Below, piece by piece: positions 17,027 through 27,279 of a stretch of 64,000 bases of DNA. Both the position numbers and the translations under genes were made by a program. The DNA lies in sequence record NC_016163.1. One strand, written 5' to 3'. Each line of letters begins with the position of its first letter. The first letter of the stretch is position 1. The notes below the pieces were generated by a model, which was not told where the DNA came from, made no database searches, and was given only the letters and a program-made list of their open reading frames with translations.

Positions 17027-17548
17027 GTGAAACGAGAAGAACTTGATTCTTTACTTCATTACTACAGGAATATTATGCTTAATAGGCATATTACTGAAGA
17101 TAGTAATGATGCAGTGTCCACTGACTATCTGAGTATGCTAAATGAGAATTATTCTATTTTAGAACTTCTTAGACAGCGCTTGGCTAGTGGTGAAGCAAGT
17201 AACTATAATTTTAATCAAAAAGTCATTGAAGCTTTATATCATGATACAATGGATAGAATCTTTCTCTTCCAATGCGAATGGAATTTGTCCTTTAGATTAT
17301 GGTATGACGGGTTTAAAGCTGATAAGAAAAACAGAGAAGAAATTCTCCGTGATGGACTTGAATCAGTCCAGTTAGCTTATCAGAATATGTATCCTTCAAT
17401 TACTGAGATAATGAATAATGCATCAAATATCAGTACTAGTATCAATACTAAACTTGATATAATTGATGAATACTTCAAAGTACATCCATTCAACTTTTTA
17501 AAAAGAAGACAAGTTTTAAGCAGACTCTTTTACGGTTCTGGCGGTTAA
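17027..17548 (+). CDS. Hypothetical protein, 173 aa (GTG start)
   Basis: Abuts previous stop; GAGGGA upstream. Confidence 0.8.
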   Translation: MKREELDSLLHYYRNIMLNRHITEDSNDAVSTDYLSMLNENYSILELLRQRLASGEASNYNFNQKVIEALYHDTMDRIFLFQCEWNLSFRLWYDGFKADKKNREEILRDGLESVQLAYQNMYPSITEIMNNASNISTSINTKLDIIDEYFKVHPFNFLKRRQVLSRLFYGSGG

Positions 17549-17583
17549 CATATAAATAGTTCAATAGAAAAAGGCTATTTGTT

Positions 17584-17754
17584 ATGTCAACTGTAAATGC
17601 TCAAGAAGTTGCTTCATCCAATATTCCTAATATTCCAGTGAATGATGGTTTCATTACCCTTAATGATACGGAAGCGGATAAAACCCAATTCCAAGAGAAT
17701 GATAATCCATCTATCGGAAAAGAGCATAAGTTTGCTGCTGTTCTTCATGGTTAA
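17584..17754 (+). CDS. Small late protein, 56 aa (missed by ORF track)
   Basis: Late motif at 17547, AAGG upstream of ATG, terminator at 17771. Confidence 0.65.
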   Translation: MSTVNAQEVASSNIPNIPVNDGFITLNDTEADKTQFQENDNPSIGKEHKFAAVLHG

Positions 17755-17876
17755 ATCATAAAATACTTTTACCCTATACGTACTTAGTTGCGTATAGGGT
17801 AGAATATTTTTTTTTATCTTTTTAATGAAGAATGAAACAACTCTTTAGTTTAATATAGAAAATTAAAGGCTTTCCT

Positions 17877-19199
17877 ATGGCTAAAGTAAAGAAAATACTT
17901 ACAACGGAAGAGCTAGTAAATCGTAACTTAGAACAGTTTACTAAAGATTCTACTGAAACCTATCCAGCGTTTCAGGAATCTACACCTGTATTCGTAACTT
18001 ATTATAATAAGTCTGCATATGCTAGTGATGCTGATATAAACTTTGAAAACTTCAATCAAGCTGTTGGGGTTGAATCACCTAATCTATTTTATGAAATTGC
18101 TAGCTTACCATTGTATGAGATGACTACTGCTGACTTCTCAACGGAAGAAACAGATAGTGGTAGAAAATCTAATATTACTGGTACATGTACTATTATTCCT
18201 GGAACGGTAACTCCTAGTGTAGAAGATCAGTTCCTTTTTGATTATCATTCTCAGAAGTATTTATTTGTAATCACTTCTATAGAGCCTGATAACTTCAATA
18301 ATAAGAAATATTATCGAGTATCTTATCAATTAAGTCCTAATACTTTAGATGAAATTAAGGCTCAAGTATATAAGGAAATGGTTGTAGATTACAATCTGAT
18401 TGGTAGAACGGATTCAGCACTAATTGAAAGAAAGTACTCTGATTATCTTAATATTATTAGAGCTGTCTTTGATGAGTTTAGAAAATCTTATAGATATTCT
18501 TACTATGAAGAAAATCAGTCATGCTTTGCCAATAAACGTACTGAAGTAATAGATCAGTTCATCAACTATTTTGCTGCTAATAACGATATTTTACCAGCAT
18601 TTGAGGATTATCGTAATACTTTAACTATACATAATAAGATAATTGATGATGTATCAAGACAGCAATATAAATTGTCTCCTTTCTTTGATCTGGAAAAACG
18701 TAGAGATCCCGTCTCTGTAGTATCCGTATTTGTAGAACCAGTAGATAGAACGCCTTATAAATTTGCATTCTTTTATAAGACTAAATATAACTTTACAAGA
18801 TATGTCAAGTATACTGATGAAGAAGTAGAGATTCCTAGTGCTGAAGAATTGGCACAAATGACTGAAGAAGAACAGTTGGCAGTCATGGATAGTATAGTTA
18901 AAGGAAAATACAACCTTCTTCCAGAACTTTTAGAACCTATTAATAGTAACGACCCATATAATCTGCAATTTATCAAGAAATATATTGCATTTTCTAAATT
19001 AAGGAAAACCCAAGATTATAAGAGTCAATTAATAGAATGCCTGGACATGGTAGAGGATTTAGAGGAATACTTCTGTGATGCTCTTTACATTAAGGGTGCG
19101 AGTGATTCTGATAAAAAAGAATACGACTTTAACTACTATATAGGTATGATAGTGCTTTTCGCACTTAAAGACCTATATTCGTTTATTACCAATTCATAA
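17877..19199 (+). CDS. Probable virion structural protein, 440 aa
   Basis: Late motif at 17836; no catalytic motif; product is an inference. Confidence 0.7.
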   Translation: MAKVKKILTTEELVNRNLEQFTKDSTETYPAFQESTPVFVTYYNKSAYASDADINFENFNQAVGVESPNLFYEIASLPLYEMTTADFSTEETDSGRKSNITGTCTIIPGTVTPSVEDQFLFDYHSQKYLFVITSIEPDNFNNKKYYRVSYQLSPNTLDEIKAQVYKEMVVDYNLIGRTDSALIERKYSDYLNIIRAVFDEFRKSYRYSYYEENQSCFANKRTEVIDQFINYFAANNDILPAFEDYRNTLTIHNKIIDDVSRQQYKLSPFFDLEKRRDPVSVVSVFVEPVDRTPYKFAFFYKTKYNFTRYVKYTDEEVEIPSAEELAQMTEEEQLAVMDSIVKGKYNLLPELLEPINSNDPYNLQFIKKYIAFSKLRKTQDYKSQLIECLDMVEDLEEYFCDALYIKGASDSDKKEYDFNYYIGMIVLFALKDLYSFITNS

Positions 19200-19242
19200 T
19201 TGCTAACACTTTAATAGCATTTAATCCTATAGGAATTGCATA

Positions 19243-19875
19243 ATGAAAGATTTAACTAACGAACTGCTTACTGGCGGTAATCTGCTGGCTGAGTCAGTTG
19301 ATCAGGTTGAAACCAATGTGGCTATTCAAGAAGAATTGCAGAACATGGCTAACCCTACTGCACTGCTGGCTGAAAGCATGGAAGACATGCTTTTTAGCGA
19401 AGATGCTCGTATTGATGGTAATAACATTGAAATGCCATCTGATGCAGGTATTGATTCACTTCAATTCTTCAATCAGGATAACGTAGGTCAAAGCGTAGCT
19501 GATTCTACCCTGACTGGTCTTGATCCTGATCGTCAAAATGATTTCGGTAATGCTGCATTTGCCTCGTCTAACCCTAAAGGTAAAGATATGGTTCAACTGC
19601 GTAGCGTTGGTGACAACGTAGCATTAGGTGAATCCGGTATTCCTTCTCTGTTCACCGAAGGTGGTGATGAAGAATGTGATGATACCGAAACTAAAGATAT
19701 TGCTAATGGCGTAGACGACCAAACTAATAGTATTGGTGATGATGCTGGCGATTCTCTGGAAGAAAGTCTGAAACTTTTTAAAGAAGATGATGACAACGAT
19801 GATTCTGAATCCGATGTCGAAGAAGACGATGAAGATGAGGATGACGACGAGTACGAAGATGAGTTAGGTCTGTAA
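19243..19875 (+). CDS. Acidic late protein, probable internal head/scaffold protein
   Basis: Late motif at 19205; repeated L-x-E-S motifs (LLAES twice, ALGES, SLEES). Confidence 0.65.
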   Translation: MKDLTNELLTGGNLLAESVDQVETNVAIQEELQNMANPTALLAESMEDMLFSEDARIDGNNIEMPSDAGIDSLQFFNQDNVGQSVADSTLTGLDPDRQNDFGNAAFASSNPKGKDMVQLRSVGDNVALGESGIPSLFTEGGDEECDDTETKDIANGVDDQTNSIGDDAGDSLEESLKLFKEDDDNDDSESDVEEDDEDEDDDEYEDELGL

Positions 19876-19946
19876 TCTAGTTCGTCTATGCAGTAAGAAT
19901 CTCTTATGGTTCTTACTGCATTTTATTTAATGGAAAAGGAGATACT

Positions 19947-20552
19947 ATGTCTAATTTAGACCCTGTATATTACGTTACCATTTCTACGGCTAGACAGATC
20001 CCATTTATCAATCGCCGTGGCCCAATCACTTCTAAAATTTCTATGAAGAAATCTACTATTGATACCCTTAAAGCTATGGGTTTTGATGTCAAGATTATTT
20101 CAGAAGTAAATTTGGATAAGAATGGTAAACAATATGCTGATGATGCATCTAAATTTGTACCAGCTGACAACCAAAGTGAATCAAATGTAGATGTTAATAT
20201 TGTTGATGCTATTAAACCTAATGACGAAGAGATTTTCTCTGGTTCTACAGAAGGCTTAGAAGCAAAAAAGGATGACCTTTCTCATTCTCAACAAGAAGAG
20301 GAAACACCTGAATCCGAAGAAGAAGTAGATGACACTCAGGAAAAACCTGCAGAAGAATCTACCGAGGAAGAAGAGGATGATGACTTTTCTCTAGAGTCCT
20401 ACGAGACTTATGAGAAATGGAATGCCACTAAACTGAAAGCTTATATTAGTGACACTATTATTCCTCGCTTGGAAGAAGAGGATGTACCTGATCCAATTCC
20501 TACAAGTAAGAAGGATTGTCTTGCTTTCCTAAAAACTCTCTTAGATGAATAA
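19947..20552 (+). CDS. Acidic protein, 201 aa, with small folded N- and C-terminal domains
   Basis: GGAG RBS; acidic linker; C-terminal helix-turn-helix-like segment. Confidence 0.8.
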   Translation: MSNLDPVYYVTISTARQIPFINRRGPITSKISMKKSTIDTLKAMGFDVKIISEVNLDKNGKQYADDASKFVPADNQSESNVDVNIVDAIKPNDEEIFSGSTEGLEAKKDDLSHSQQEEETPESEEEVDDTQEKPAEESTEEEEDDDFSLESYETYEKWNATKLKAYISDTIIPRLEEEDVPDPIPTSKKDCLAFLKTLLDE

Positions 20553-20728
20553 GAGAGACGAAAAGTAAAGAGTTCTTGGATTATCAAGAACTCTCCCTAT
20601 TTTTCAATATTAAAAAAATTTTTACTAACAAAAAAGTAGAAATCAGAAACGTTAAAGTTTAGAAACCGAAATCTAAATAGTTTCTGTTTTACCCCTAATC
20701 ATAAAATTACACATTAAGGAATACCATC

Positions 20729-21091
20729 ATGGCAACTGTAAATGATCTGCTGGCTCAAGTACAAACTAACCTGAAAGCTCAAGGCGTAGACTCTACTAAG
20801 AAAGAGTGTGGCGTTGCTCTGGAAGCCGTTCTGAATGCAATTCAGACTGTAGCTCTGGATCAGGGTTCTATCCGTACTGCAATCGGTACGTTTAAACGTA
20901 AAGAATGCGCAGCTCGTCAGGCACATAACCCTAAAACTGGTGATAAAGTTGATGTTCCAGCTAAAATCACCGTTAGCTTCAAATCCTATTACAATGAAGT
21001 AGTAGGCGAGAAAAAAGCTGCTAAGAAAGCCGCTCCAGCGAAAGCTGCAGCTCCGGCTGCTAAAAAAGTAGTTAAAAAAGGTAAAAAATAA
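20729..21091 (+). CDS. HU-family DNA-binding protein with Lys/Ala/Pro tail
   Basis: IGTFKRKECAARQAHNPKTGDKVDVPAKITVSFK arm motif; tail KKAAKKAAPAKAAAPAAKK; late motif at 20627. Confidence 0.9.
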   Translation: MATVNDLLAQVQTNLKAQGVDSTKKECGVALEAVLNAIQTVALDQGSIRTAIGTFKRKECAARQAHNPKTGDKVDVPAKITVSFKSYYNEVVGEKKAAKKAAPAKAAAPAAKKVVKKGKK

Positions 21092-21221
21092 TTTACCTTG
21101 AGTAAGTTATAATTCTTTCCCCATATCTCCTGAAAAGGTGATATGGGGTTTACTTTGCACTTAAATTCTTTTTATTGATATATAATCATATTGAATAATC
21201 ATAAAGTGAGGTTGTATAGAA

Positions 21222-21506
21222 ATGAATGTAATAAAGATAGCCTTAATAACAATATCTCTAGGCTTATCATCCAATTCTTTTGCTAAAGAGTTTGAAGCTG
21301 AATTAGTTGCATTAGACTCAGTCAAAGGTACATTCTATATTCATTCTATTGAGCACTTTTTCTCAGTACCCAATAAAGATTGTCCAGTTTTGGTTAATAC
21401 ATCATTACATAAGACATTTAAAGTCGAAGGTAAACCAGTAGAAGAAGGTTATTATACCTTCTATGGTGTTAAAGAAGAATTATGCAGGTCTATTAATCTT
21501 CTTTAA
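21222..21506 (+). CDS. Small exported protein, 94 aa
   Basis: Signal-peptide-like N-terminus ending SFA; early motif at 21178. Confidence 0.75.
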   Translation: MNVIKIALITISLGLSSNSFAKEFEAELVALDSVKGTFYIHSIEHFFSVPNKDCPVLVNTSLHKTFKVEGKPVEEGYYTFYGVKEELCRSINLL

Positions 21507-21553
21507 CTAAGCTAAGACCTCCATAGCGGGGTCTTTTTTTTTTTGAGGTTTTT

Positions 21554-22018
21554 ATGACTTTAATAGAACAGTTGTTGAATGACAAAAAAATTATTAGTGG
21601 TTTTCCTGGAATTGGTAAGTCTGAATTATTTAAAATTTATGGTGAAGCTAGAGTAAGCGATAGTGATTCAAGTAAATTCCCTAAAGATAGCTTCCCTGCA
21701 AATTATGTAGCTCATATTAAAGATTTAATAGTAAATAGTAATAAAAAATATATTTTGGTTAGTTCACATAAAGTAGTTCGTGATGCATTGGTTGCTGAAG
21801 GAATTCCTTTCTTCTTAGTGTATCCTAATGAAAATTGTAAAGATGAATATATCAATCGATACATTAAACGTGGCTCTCCAGAAGCATTTGTATCACTGCT
21901 TTCTAATAACTTTAACAACTTTGTACAAGAATGTAAGACTACTAATTCTCCTATTGCAACTCATATAGAATTGTCTGATGGACAATACCTAAGTGATGTA
22001 CTTTCTACAATTGGCTGA
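21554..22018 (+). CDS. Small P-loop NTPase/kinase-like protein
   Basis: IISGFPGIGKS Walker A. Confidence 0.8.
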   Translation: MTLIEQLLNDKKIISGFPGIGKSELFKIYGEARVSDSDSSKFPKDSFPANYVAHIKDLIVNSNKKYILVSSHKVVRDALVAEGIPFFLVYPNENCKDEYINRYIKRGSPEAFVSLLSNNFNNFVQECKTTNSPIATHIELSDGQYLSDVLSTIG

Positions 22019-22112
22019 ATGTTAAAATTAAGTGAAAACTCAATTAATATAAAATCCTAATAGCTAACATACTTTTAGAAATCAAGTTTAAGATACAGGA
22101 GCGTGTTATAGC

Positions 22113-22799
22113 ATGTCTGCTTTATTCCTAAGCACCTTACTTCAGGAAGACGAGGATTCAGCAGATGGTGGCGCAAAATCATCTGCTGATCTTGATCTTG
22201 GTACTGACAAAGGTGATTTAAAAGATCAAAAGGATGTAAAGTCTGATTCAGATGATTCTGATGAAGATAATACTAATGATGATAATGACGATGTATCAGA
22301 TGATAATTCTTCAGATACTGAAACAGATGATTCTTCTTCTCCAAATGACTCTTCAGATGACACTGAAGCAACAGATGATGACAATGACTCCGAAGAAGAT
22401 GATGAAGTTCTCAATCAAAAAGAATTGGAAGAGCAACGTAAGAAGCTTAACCGTTATAATCAGCTGAAATCTTTAGTTGTTACCTATAGAAATCTAGATG
22501 GTATCTATGACAAACTATTAAAGCTTGATTTGCCTGGAGGACTACCGAATACAATTCGAATGTTCAAAGACAAGATTGCCTATAATAGAGAATCATTAGA
22601 TAAATTGTTATTGGATCCAGTAATCTTTAATAACAATACTGTCTCTGAATTGACCGCGATTCATAATGTATATATGTCAGACTTAAGAGCTGTATCTACT
22701 AATTTAAAAGTACTTTATAACTCTTCTGTCTTGAACCATACAAAAGACAATCGTGCGATACTTAGCATAATCTCTAGGGATGCTGAAAATCGTCGCTAG
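22113..22799 (+). CDS. Acidic late protein upstream of capsid gene (head assembly candidate)
   Basis: Late motif at 22066; D/S-rich N-half after LLQE; helical C-half. Confidence 0.7.
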   Translation: MSALFLSTLLQEDEDSADGGAKSSADLDLGTDKGDLKDQKDVKSDSDDSDEDNTNDDNDDVSDDNSSDTETDDSSSPNDSSDDTEATDDDNDSEEDDEVLNQKELEEQRKKLNRYNQLKSLVVTYRNLDGIYDKLLKLDLPGGLPNTIRMFKDKIAYNRESLDKLLLDPVIFNNNTVSELTAIHNVYMSDLRAVSTNLKVLYNSSVLNHTKDNRAILSIISRDAENRR

Positions 22800-22829
22800 G
22801 TTTTAAATAAATTTTAAAACTGAGTGATC

Positions 22830-22842
22830 AACATTAAAATAG
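22830..22842 (+). promoter_or_regulatory. Late promoter of major capsid gene
   Basis: AACA-TTAAAA-TAG. Confidence 0.75.
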
Positions 22843-22900
22843 AAATCCGGTTGACCTAAAAAGTCATCTCTAGGTAATCACTTCATAAAGGAAATTAATA

Positions 22901-24457
22901 ATGTCTGTTGATTATGGCTTTGCTAATCTGCGTAGCAAAACGAAGCATAATTCTAAAGCTACTGCACATCTTAAAACTCTGGTAGAAGACTACAAAGGCG
23001 ACGAAGTAGATATTCTGTCAGAAGGCGTATATGACGTTGTACGTGACCAAGTTGCGTTCCAAGAATACGTTGAACGTCTTTCCGAAGGTACTTCAGAAGA
23101 AACTGGCGAACAGCTGGCTATTCTGTCTGAAAACACCCGTATGGTAATGCTTCAAGAAAGCATGATTGGTGGCGTTAACCCTATCGCTGCCCTGTCACTA
23201 CCTATGCTGCGTATCGGCTATCCGAAAATGGCTGTACGTGAAGGTCTACCTACTGAACCAGTAGAACAGCCGAAATTCAAAGTAACTACCAAACGTCCTT
23301 ATGTTCTGGATACCGCTACTGGTGAAAAACACTGGTTGCCTGGTGCTTTCCAGACTAAGAAAGAACTGTTTGGTTTACCACGTCTGCAACAGAATGATAT
23401 TACTGTTCCGGCTGGCGGTCTGATTGATTATGATATGCTAGCTCCAATCAGCAAAAATGCTCTGCTTGGTGACGAAATCGATCCACGTTTCACCGTTGTA
23501 GAAGTTACCGATTCTGCTGATGTTGCTATCTCTGTATCCTTCGAACTGGATACTAACCTGAACGCAATCGTTGGTTCTTTCGTTGATAGTACTAACGCTG
23601 CAGTACAGGTTCTGGGTAAAGTTGACCGTTCTAAAGGTCTTCTGACTCTGGTAACTGTTCCGGGCAATGCTATTAAGAAAGTAAAAATTCAGGGTTACGT
23701 TTCTTCTGAAATGAATAACGCTGCAACTCAGGTTGGTTTCGATATTGACGGTGTTGATATTACTATCGGTACTGGTCAGCCTATCGAATCCCCAATCAAT
23801 ATTCAGCAGATGACTGACGTCATGGCTATGTATAATGTAGATTCCACTCTGACTCACATGGAAACTATGTCTACTGCTCTGGCACAGTCTACTGACCTTG
23901 AAGGTGTTCAGTTTATCTATGATTGCTTCGACCGCAATACTAAGAAAATCCAAGAAACCTTCGACGCTATGCCTCCTTCTAACTTCCTGGCTGGCCCTGT
24001 TGAATGGCGTAAAAATATTCATCGTAACTTTGACCGTCTTGTGTCTCAGATGCAGACTGAATTCAACATCTATACTGGTCACGCAGTAGTATTCTGTCAC
24101 CCACTGGACGCTCAGGTTGTTGCTGATGTTCGTTGGATGTACACTAATACTGAACAGCCTAACGATGTTGCTGTTGACTTCCGTGTTGGTACTTACACCT
24201 CCGGTACTACTACTTATGTAGTCCTGCAGTCTCCGAACTTTGTTCAGGGTCATTACGAAATCGTATACATCCCGTCCGAAGCTGACTTTAAATCTCTGGT
24301 ATACTACCCGTATGCGTTCAACGTGATTCGTGGTGCTGCATCACCTAACACTCCGAACCTGCCAGCTATCCAGATGATTAAACGTTACCGCTTCCAGAAG
24401 TTCAACAACATGGTTGCACGTCTGAACATCGTTAATAACGGTGTTGGCGAAGTTTAA
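22901..24457 (+). CDS. Major capsid protein precursor, 518 aa
   Basis: Strongest codon bias in the window, strong RBS, late promoter and terminator; N-terminal region with LSE/LQE cleavage-type motifs; size typical of T4/AR9-type MCP. Confidence 0.8.
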   Translation: MSVDYGFANLRSKTKHNSKATAHLKTLVEDYKGDEVDILSEGVYDVVRDQVAFQEYVERLSEGTSEETGEQLAILSENTRMVMLQESMIGGVNPIAALSLPMLRIGYPKMAVREGLPTEPVEQPKFKVTTKRPYVLDTATGEKHWLPGAFQTKKELFGLPRLQQNDITVPAGGLIDYDMLAPISKNALLGDEIDPRFTVVEVTDSADVAISVSFELDTNLNAIVGSFVDSTNAAVQVLGKVDRSKGLLTLVTVPGNAIKKVKIQGYVSSEMNNAATQVGFDIDGVDITIGTGQPIESPINIQQMTDVMAMYNVDSTLTHMETMSTALAQSTDLEGVQFIYDCFDRNTKKIQETFDAMPPSNFLAGPVEWRKNIHRNFDRLVSQMQTEFNIYTGHAVVFCHPLDAQVVADVRWMYTNTEQPNDVAVDFRVGTYTSGTTTYVVLQSPNFVQGHYEIVYIPSEADFKSLVYYPYAFNVIRGAASPNTPNLPAIQMIKRYRFQKFNNMVARLNIVNNGVGEV

Positions 24458-24571
24458 TCTTTGCTAGTATAAAATACCCATATCCTCTATAAAGGGGATA
24501 TGGGGTTTTCTTTACAATTTTTTCATGCATATATTATAAGAAAGATATCAATATTAACATGAGACCTGATA

Positions 24572-25096
24572 ATGTTTATTAGAAAAATACTTACAGAAGA
24601 AACTCCTTTAGGGTTTGATATTAATCTAGTTATGGAAATGATAACTAGATCATATGAAATGGAGTTAAACGATTTTAAGAAAGGAACTATTGTTACATCA
24701 CTAATGCTAAGTAATCTACTTATGAGTAATTTTGATTTTCTAATCTACAATACTACAGATAACTACCTTGGGTTTGATGAAATTTTGATAAATGAATCTG
24801 AAGGGTCAGTTGTTTTAGGGCGAACTAAGCATAATTCTATAGAATTAAGTGTACCATCGCCATTTGAGGATGAAGGAACAGTTCCTATTCAAGATCTATA
24901 TAAAAATGGGCTTGATAAGTATACCATGTTTACTCATACTCAGATAAACTATTTTAGTATCCACATAAATGAAACTAGTGGAAGATCACATAAACCTCTT
25001 CCAAATGTAAAATATAGGGTGGCATTGAAGACTATGATGATAGATTTAATTACTAGCTTTAAGATGCGTTTTCCAAAAGTTATCAAAGATATATAA
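24572..25096 (+). CDS. Hypothetical protein, 174 aa
   Basis: Early-type motif at ~24529. Confidence 0.8.
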   Translation: MFIRKILTEETPLGFDINLVMEMITRSYEMELNDFKKGTIVTSLMLSNLLMSNFDFLIYNTTDNYLGFDEILINESEGSVVLGRTKHNSIELSVPSPFEDEGTVPIQDLYKNGLDKYTMFTHTQINYFSIHINETSGRSHKPLPNVKYRVALKTMMIDLITSFKMRFPKVIKDI

Positions 25097-25126
25097 TTTT
25101 ATTAGATAATTGGAGGGAGTTATTAA

Positions 25127-25552
25127 TTGATGGTTATTATAAGAAATTGTCTAGACACCAAAATACTACATTACGCCGCTACTTTTGGCAGTGAAATCTA
25201 TATTGAATTAACACAGATTCTTAGACAGGAAATATCAAAATCTTGCATTTCTTTGTTAAAGATAGGGGATATATGTAAACCCGATGCAGAATATGGTAAT
25301 ATAAAATATTATATGAATATAGGCCAAGTATATGGTCATAATTGTTTAAGTAATTTAGATTATACTAATATCCATGTACTAGATAAAGATTGCCCTATAT
25401 TCACTAAAAGAGAACATCAAGATTTAGTAGAATATATTCATGAAAATCTAGTCAATCAGTACACTAGTATGATGGCATATGAAGATATTCTTGATGTCTT
25501 CTCAAATATCTATTTTATCTTCAATAAAACAAATCAAGGTTCTTTCCTATGA
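25127..25552 (+). CDS. Hypothetical protein, 141 aa
   Basis: GGAGG RBS. Confidence 0.8.
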   Translation: MMVIIRNCLDTKILHYAATFGSEIYIELTQILRQEISKSCISLLKIGDICKPDAEYGNIKYYMNIGQVYGHNCLSNLDYTNIHVLDKDCPIFTKREHQDLVEYIHENLVNQYTSMMAYEDILDVFSNIYFIFNKTNQGSFL

Positions 25553-25962
25553 GAACTGTGCAAGCTAGATGGTTTCGCATCAAAGAAAAGGATGGTACAT
25601 TTAGGGAAGTAATTTTCTCTGATTCAACTATCAGAGATGCTTTGAGGCGTTTATATAAAAAACATATCAATATCCTGCTTCCGAGTAAAATTTCTTTAAA
25701 AATTGGCTTATTTGATCATCCACCAATAAAAACTTTATTCTTTGTTAATTCACCATACATAAATCTCAATTATATAAACACGCTTATTGTTCATCCATTA
25801 GACTTTAATGTAAAAGATCTAACTGGAAATGAACTTAGTGAATTGATCTCATTAAATCATGTTCTTCATGTTAGATTTTTCTCTGACGTAAATAGGGATC
25901 ATTCAGTGATATATAATTATTATGAAGGTTTTAATATTAATAAGAATCGGAGCAATTATTGA
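25549..25962 (+). CDS. Hypothetical protein, 137 aa
   Basis: ATGA coupling. Confidence 0.75.
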   Translation: MRTVQARWFRIKEKDGTFREVIFSDSTIRDALRRLYKKHINILLPSKISLKIGLFDHPPIKTLFFVNSPYINLNYINTLIVHPLDFNVKDLTGNELSELISLNHVLHVRFFSDVNRDHSVIYNYYEGFNINKNRSNY

Positions 25963-26360
25963 TGTTTGAGACACTAACTGGTCTAGTCGGTTATCATAAT
26001 AATTTACTTAAAGATAAAACCGACAAAGAAAAATCATATATAAAAAAAGTCGTCAAAAAGACGATGGTGGAAGACCTAAATTATGTCTCTTTTAAATTAT
26101 TCGTAAATAAACGTTCGCTAAATCGTTTTATCAATGATAATGGAATTTCTCCTCCAGATATCTTTGATTTAAATTTACTCTTAATGGAAAATTCTAAGGA
26201 TTTCTTAGAAAATATCATTAAGAAGGATTATAGTACATTAGTACTGGATGTGACTTCATGGAATTTACTATGTATTAATAAATCATTTCTTTATAATGAA
26301 AACCCCTATATAAAAATAAGAGCTACATATGCGTGTGATACAAGTAAAAATCCGGTATGA
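25959..26360 (+). CDS. Hypothetical protein, 133 aa
   Basis: Overlap coupling. Confidence 0.75.
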   Translation: MMFETLTGLVGYHNNLLKDKTDKEKSYIKKVVKKTMVEDLNYVSFKLFVNKRSLNRFINDNGISPPDIFDLNLLLMENSKDFLENIIKKDYSTLVLDVTSWNLLCINKSFLYNENPYIKIRATYACDTSKNPV

Positions 26361-26709
26361 ACTTCTGTCATATGGAATATATAGAGAAATCATTTCAGAT
26401 CACTATTTTAAAAATCATATAGAAGCATTTAATCTCCTTATTCCAAATAACCAACCATTTAAAGAAATCCCTAATCATTTCGGATTTACTAAAAGTATAC
26501 TTTCTCTTTCTGATCTAAAATATGAATACCATTTATTGGATTACGTTACAAATCGTAGTCCTCTTGATGAAAACAAAGTATTGAAACAAATGTATATGGT
26601 CGAATATACTAAATCTTCCCTAAAGCTTAGCAAATCTAGTTACCGATATATTCCTGTCATTAATTTAGACTATAATATTTCAATGATGATTCCACACTAC
26701 GCTATATAG
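26329..26709 (+). CDS. Hypothetical protein, 126 aa
   Basis: Overlap coupling; hairpin after stop. Confidence 0.75.
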   Translation: MRVIQVKIRYELLSYGIYREIISDHYFKNHIEAFNLLIPNNQPFKEIPNHFGFTKSILSLSDLKYEYHLLDYVTNRSPLDENKVLKQMYMVEYTKSSLKLSKSSYRYIPVINLDYNISMMIPHYAI

Positions 26710-26793
26710 GATACTAGGAGAAACTTTAAAGTTTCTCCTTTATATCTTTATTTTTATTGTACATTTTTTTAGTTAATTGAACAAAGGTGTATT

Positions 26794-27279
26794 ATGAATA
26801 TATCACAATTTAATAGTATAGATACTCCTACAATTGGTAGTTTAGATGATCATTATAAGACAACAGCCGTTAAACCTCTAGTAGTTGTACCTATAAAGAA
26901 ATCCCCCACCGAAATATCTGATGTACTTAGTATAAAAGATAATAAGCTAGTTATAGATTTAGAAATGTTAGATGGTATAGAAATTAAGGGTTCTAGCCCA
27001 AAAGTAATGAAATTTTTATCAACTCTTATTCTTGAATCTGATAAGAATATTTTCATCAATTCTAATTTTGATGATAAAGATAATCCTAAGAAGTATAAAG
27101 TATGGTTTAACACTGAAGACCCTAAAACTGGTAAACGTGTTGATAATGAAGATTTAGAAAATTATGCTGAATTACAGTATGCCTTAGAAAAAAATAGCAT
27201 ATCTGACTTTTCTTATAAAAATGAATGCTCATGTGGTAAATGTGGGGGTAATGATGCCAGCAGTAGTGAGGTTGGGTGA
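26794..27279 (+). CDS. Hypothetical late protein, 161 aa, C-terminal CxCxxC
   Basis: TACA-N6-TAG late variant at ~26760; AAGGTG RBS. Confidence 0.75.
   Translation: MNISQFNSIDTPTIGSLDDHYKTTAVKPLVVVPIKKSPTEISDVLSIKDNKLVIDLEMLDGIEIKGSSPKVMKFLSTLILESDKNIFINSNFDDKDNPKKYKVWFNTEDPKTGKRVDNEDLENYAELQYALEKNSISDFSYKNECSCGKCGGNDASSSEVG

Noticed and set aside
20714-24253. Antisense ORFs over HU and capsid genes and similar short ORFs elsewhere
   Set aside because: By-products of strong RNY codon bias on the coding strand; no RBS or promoter
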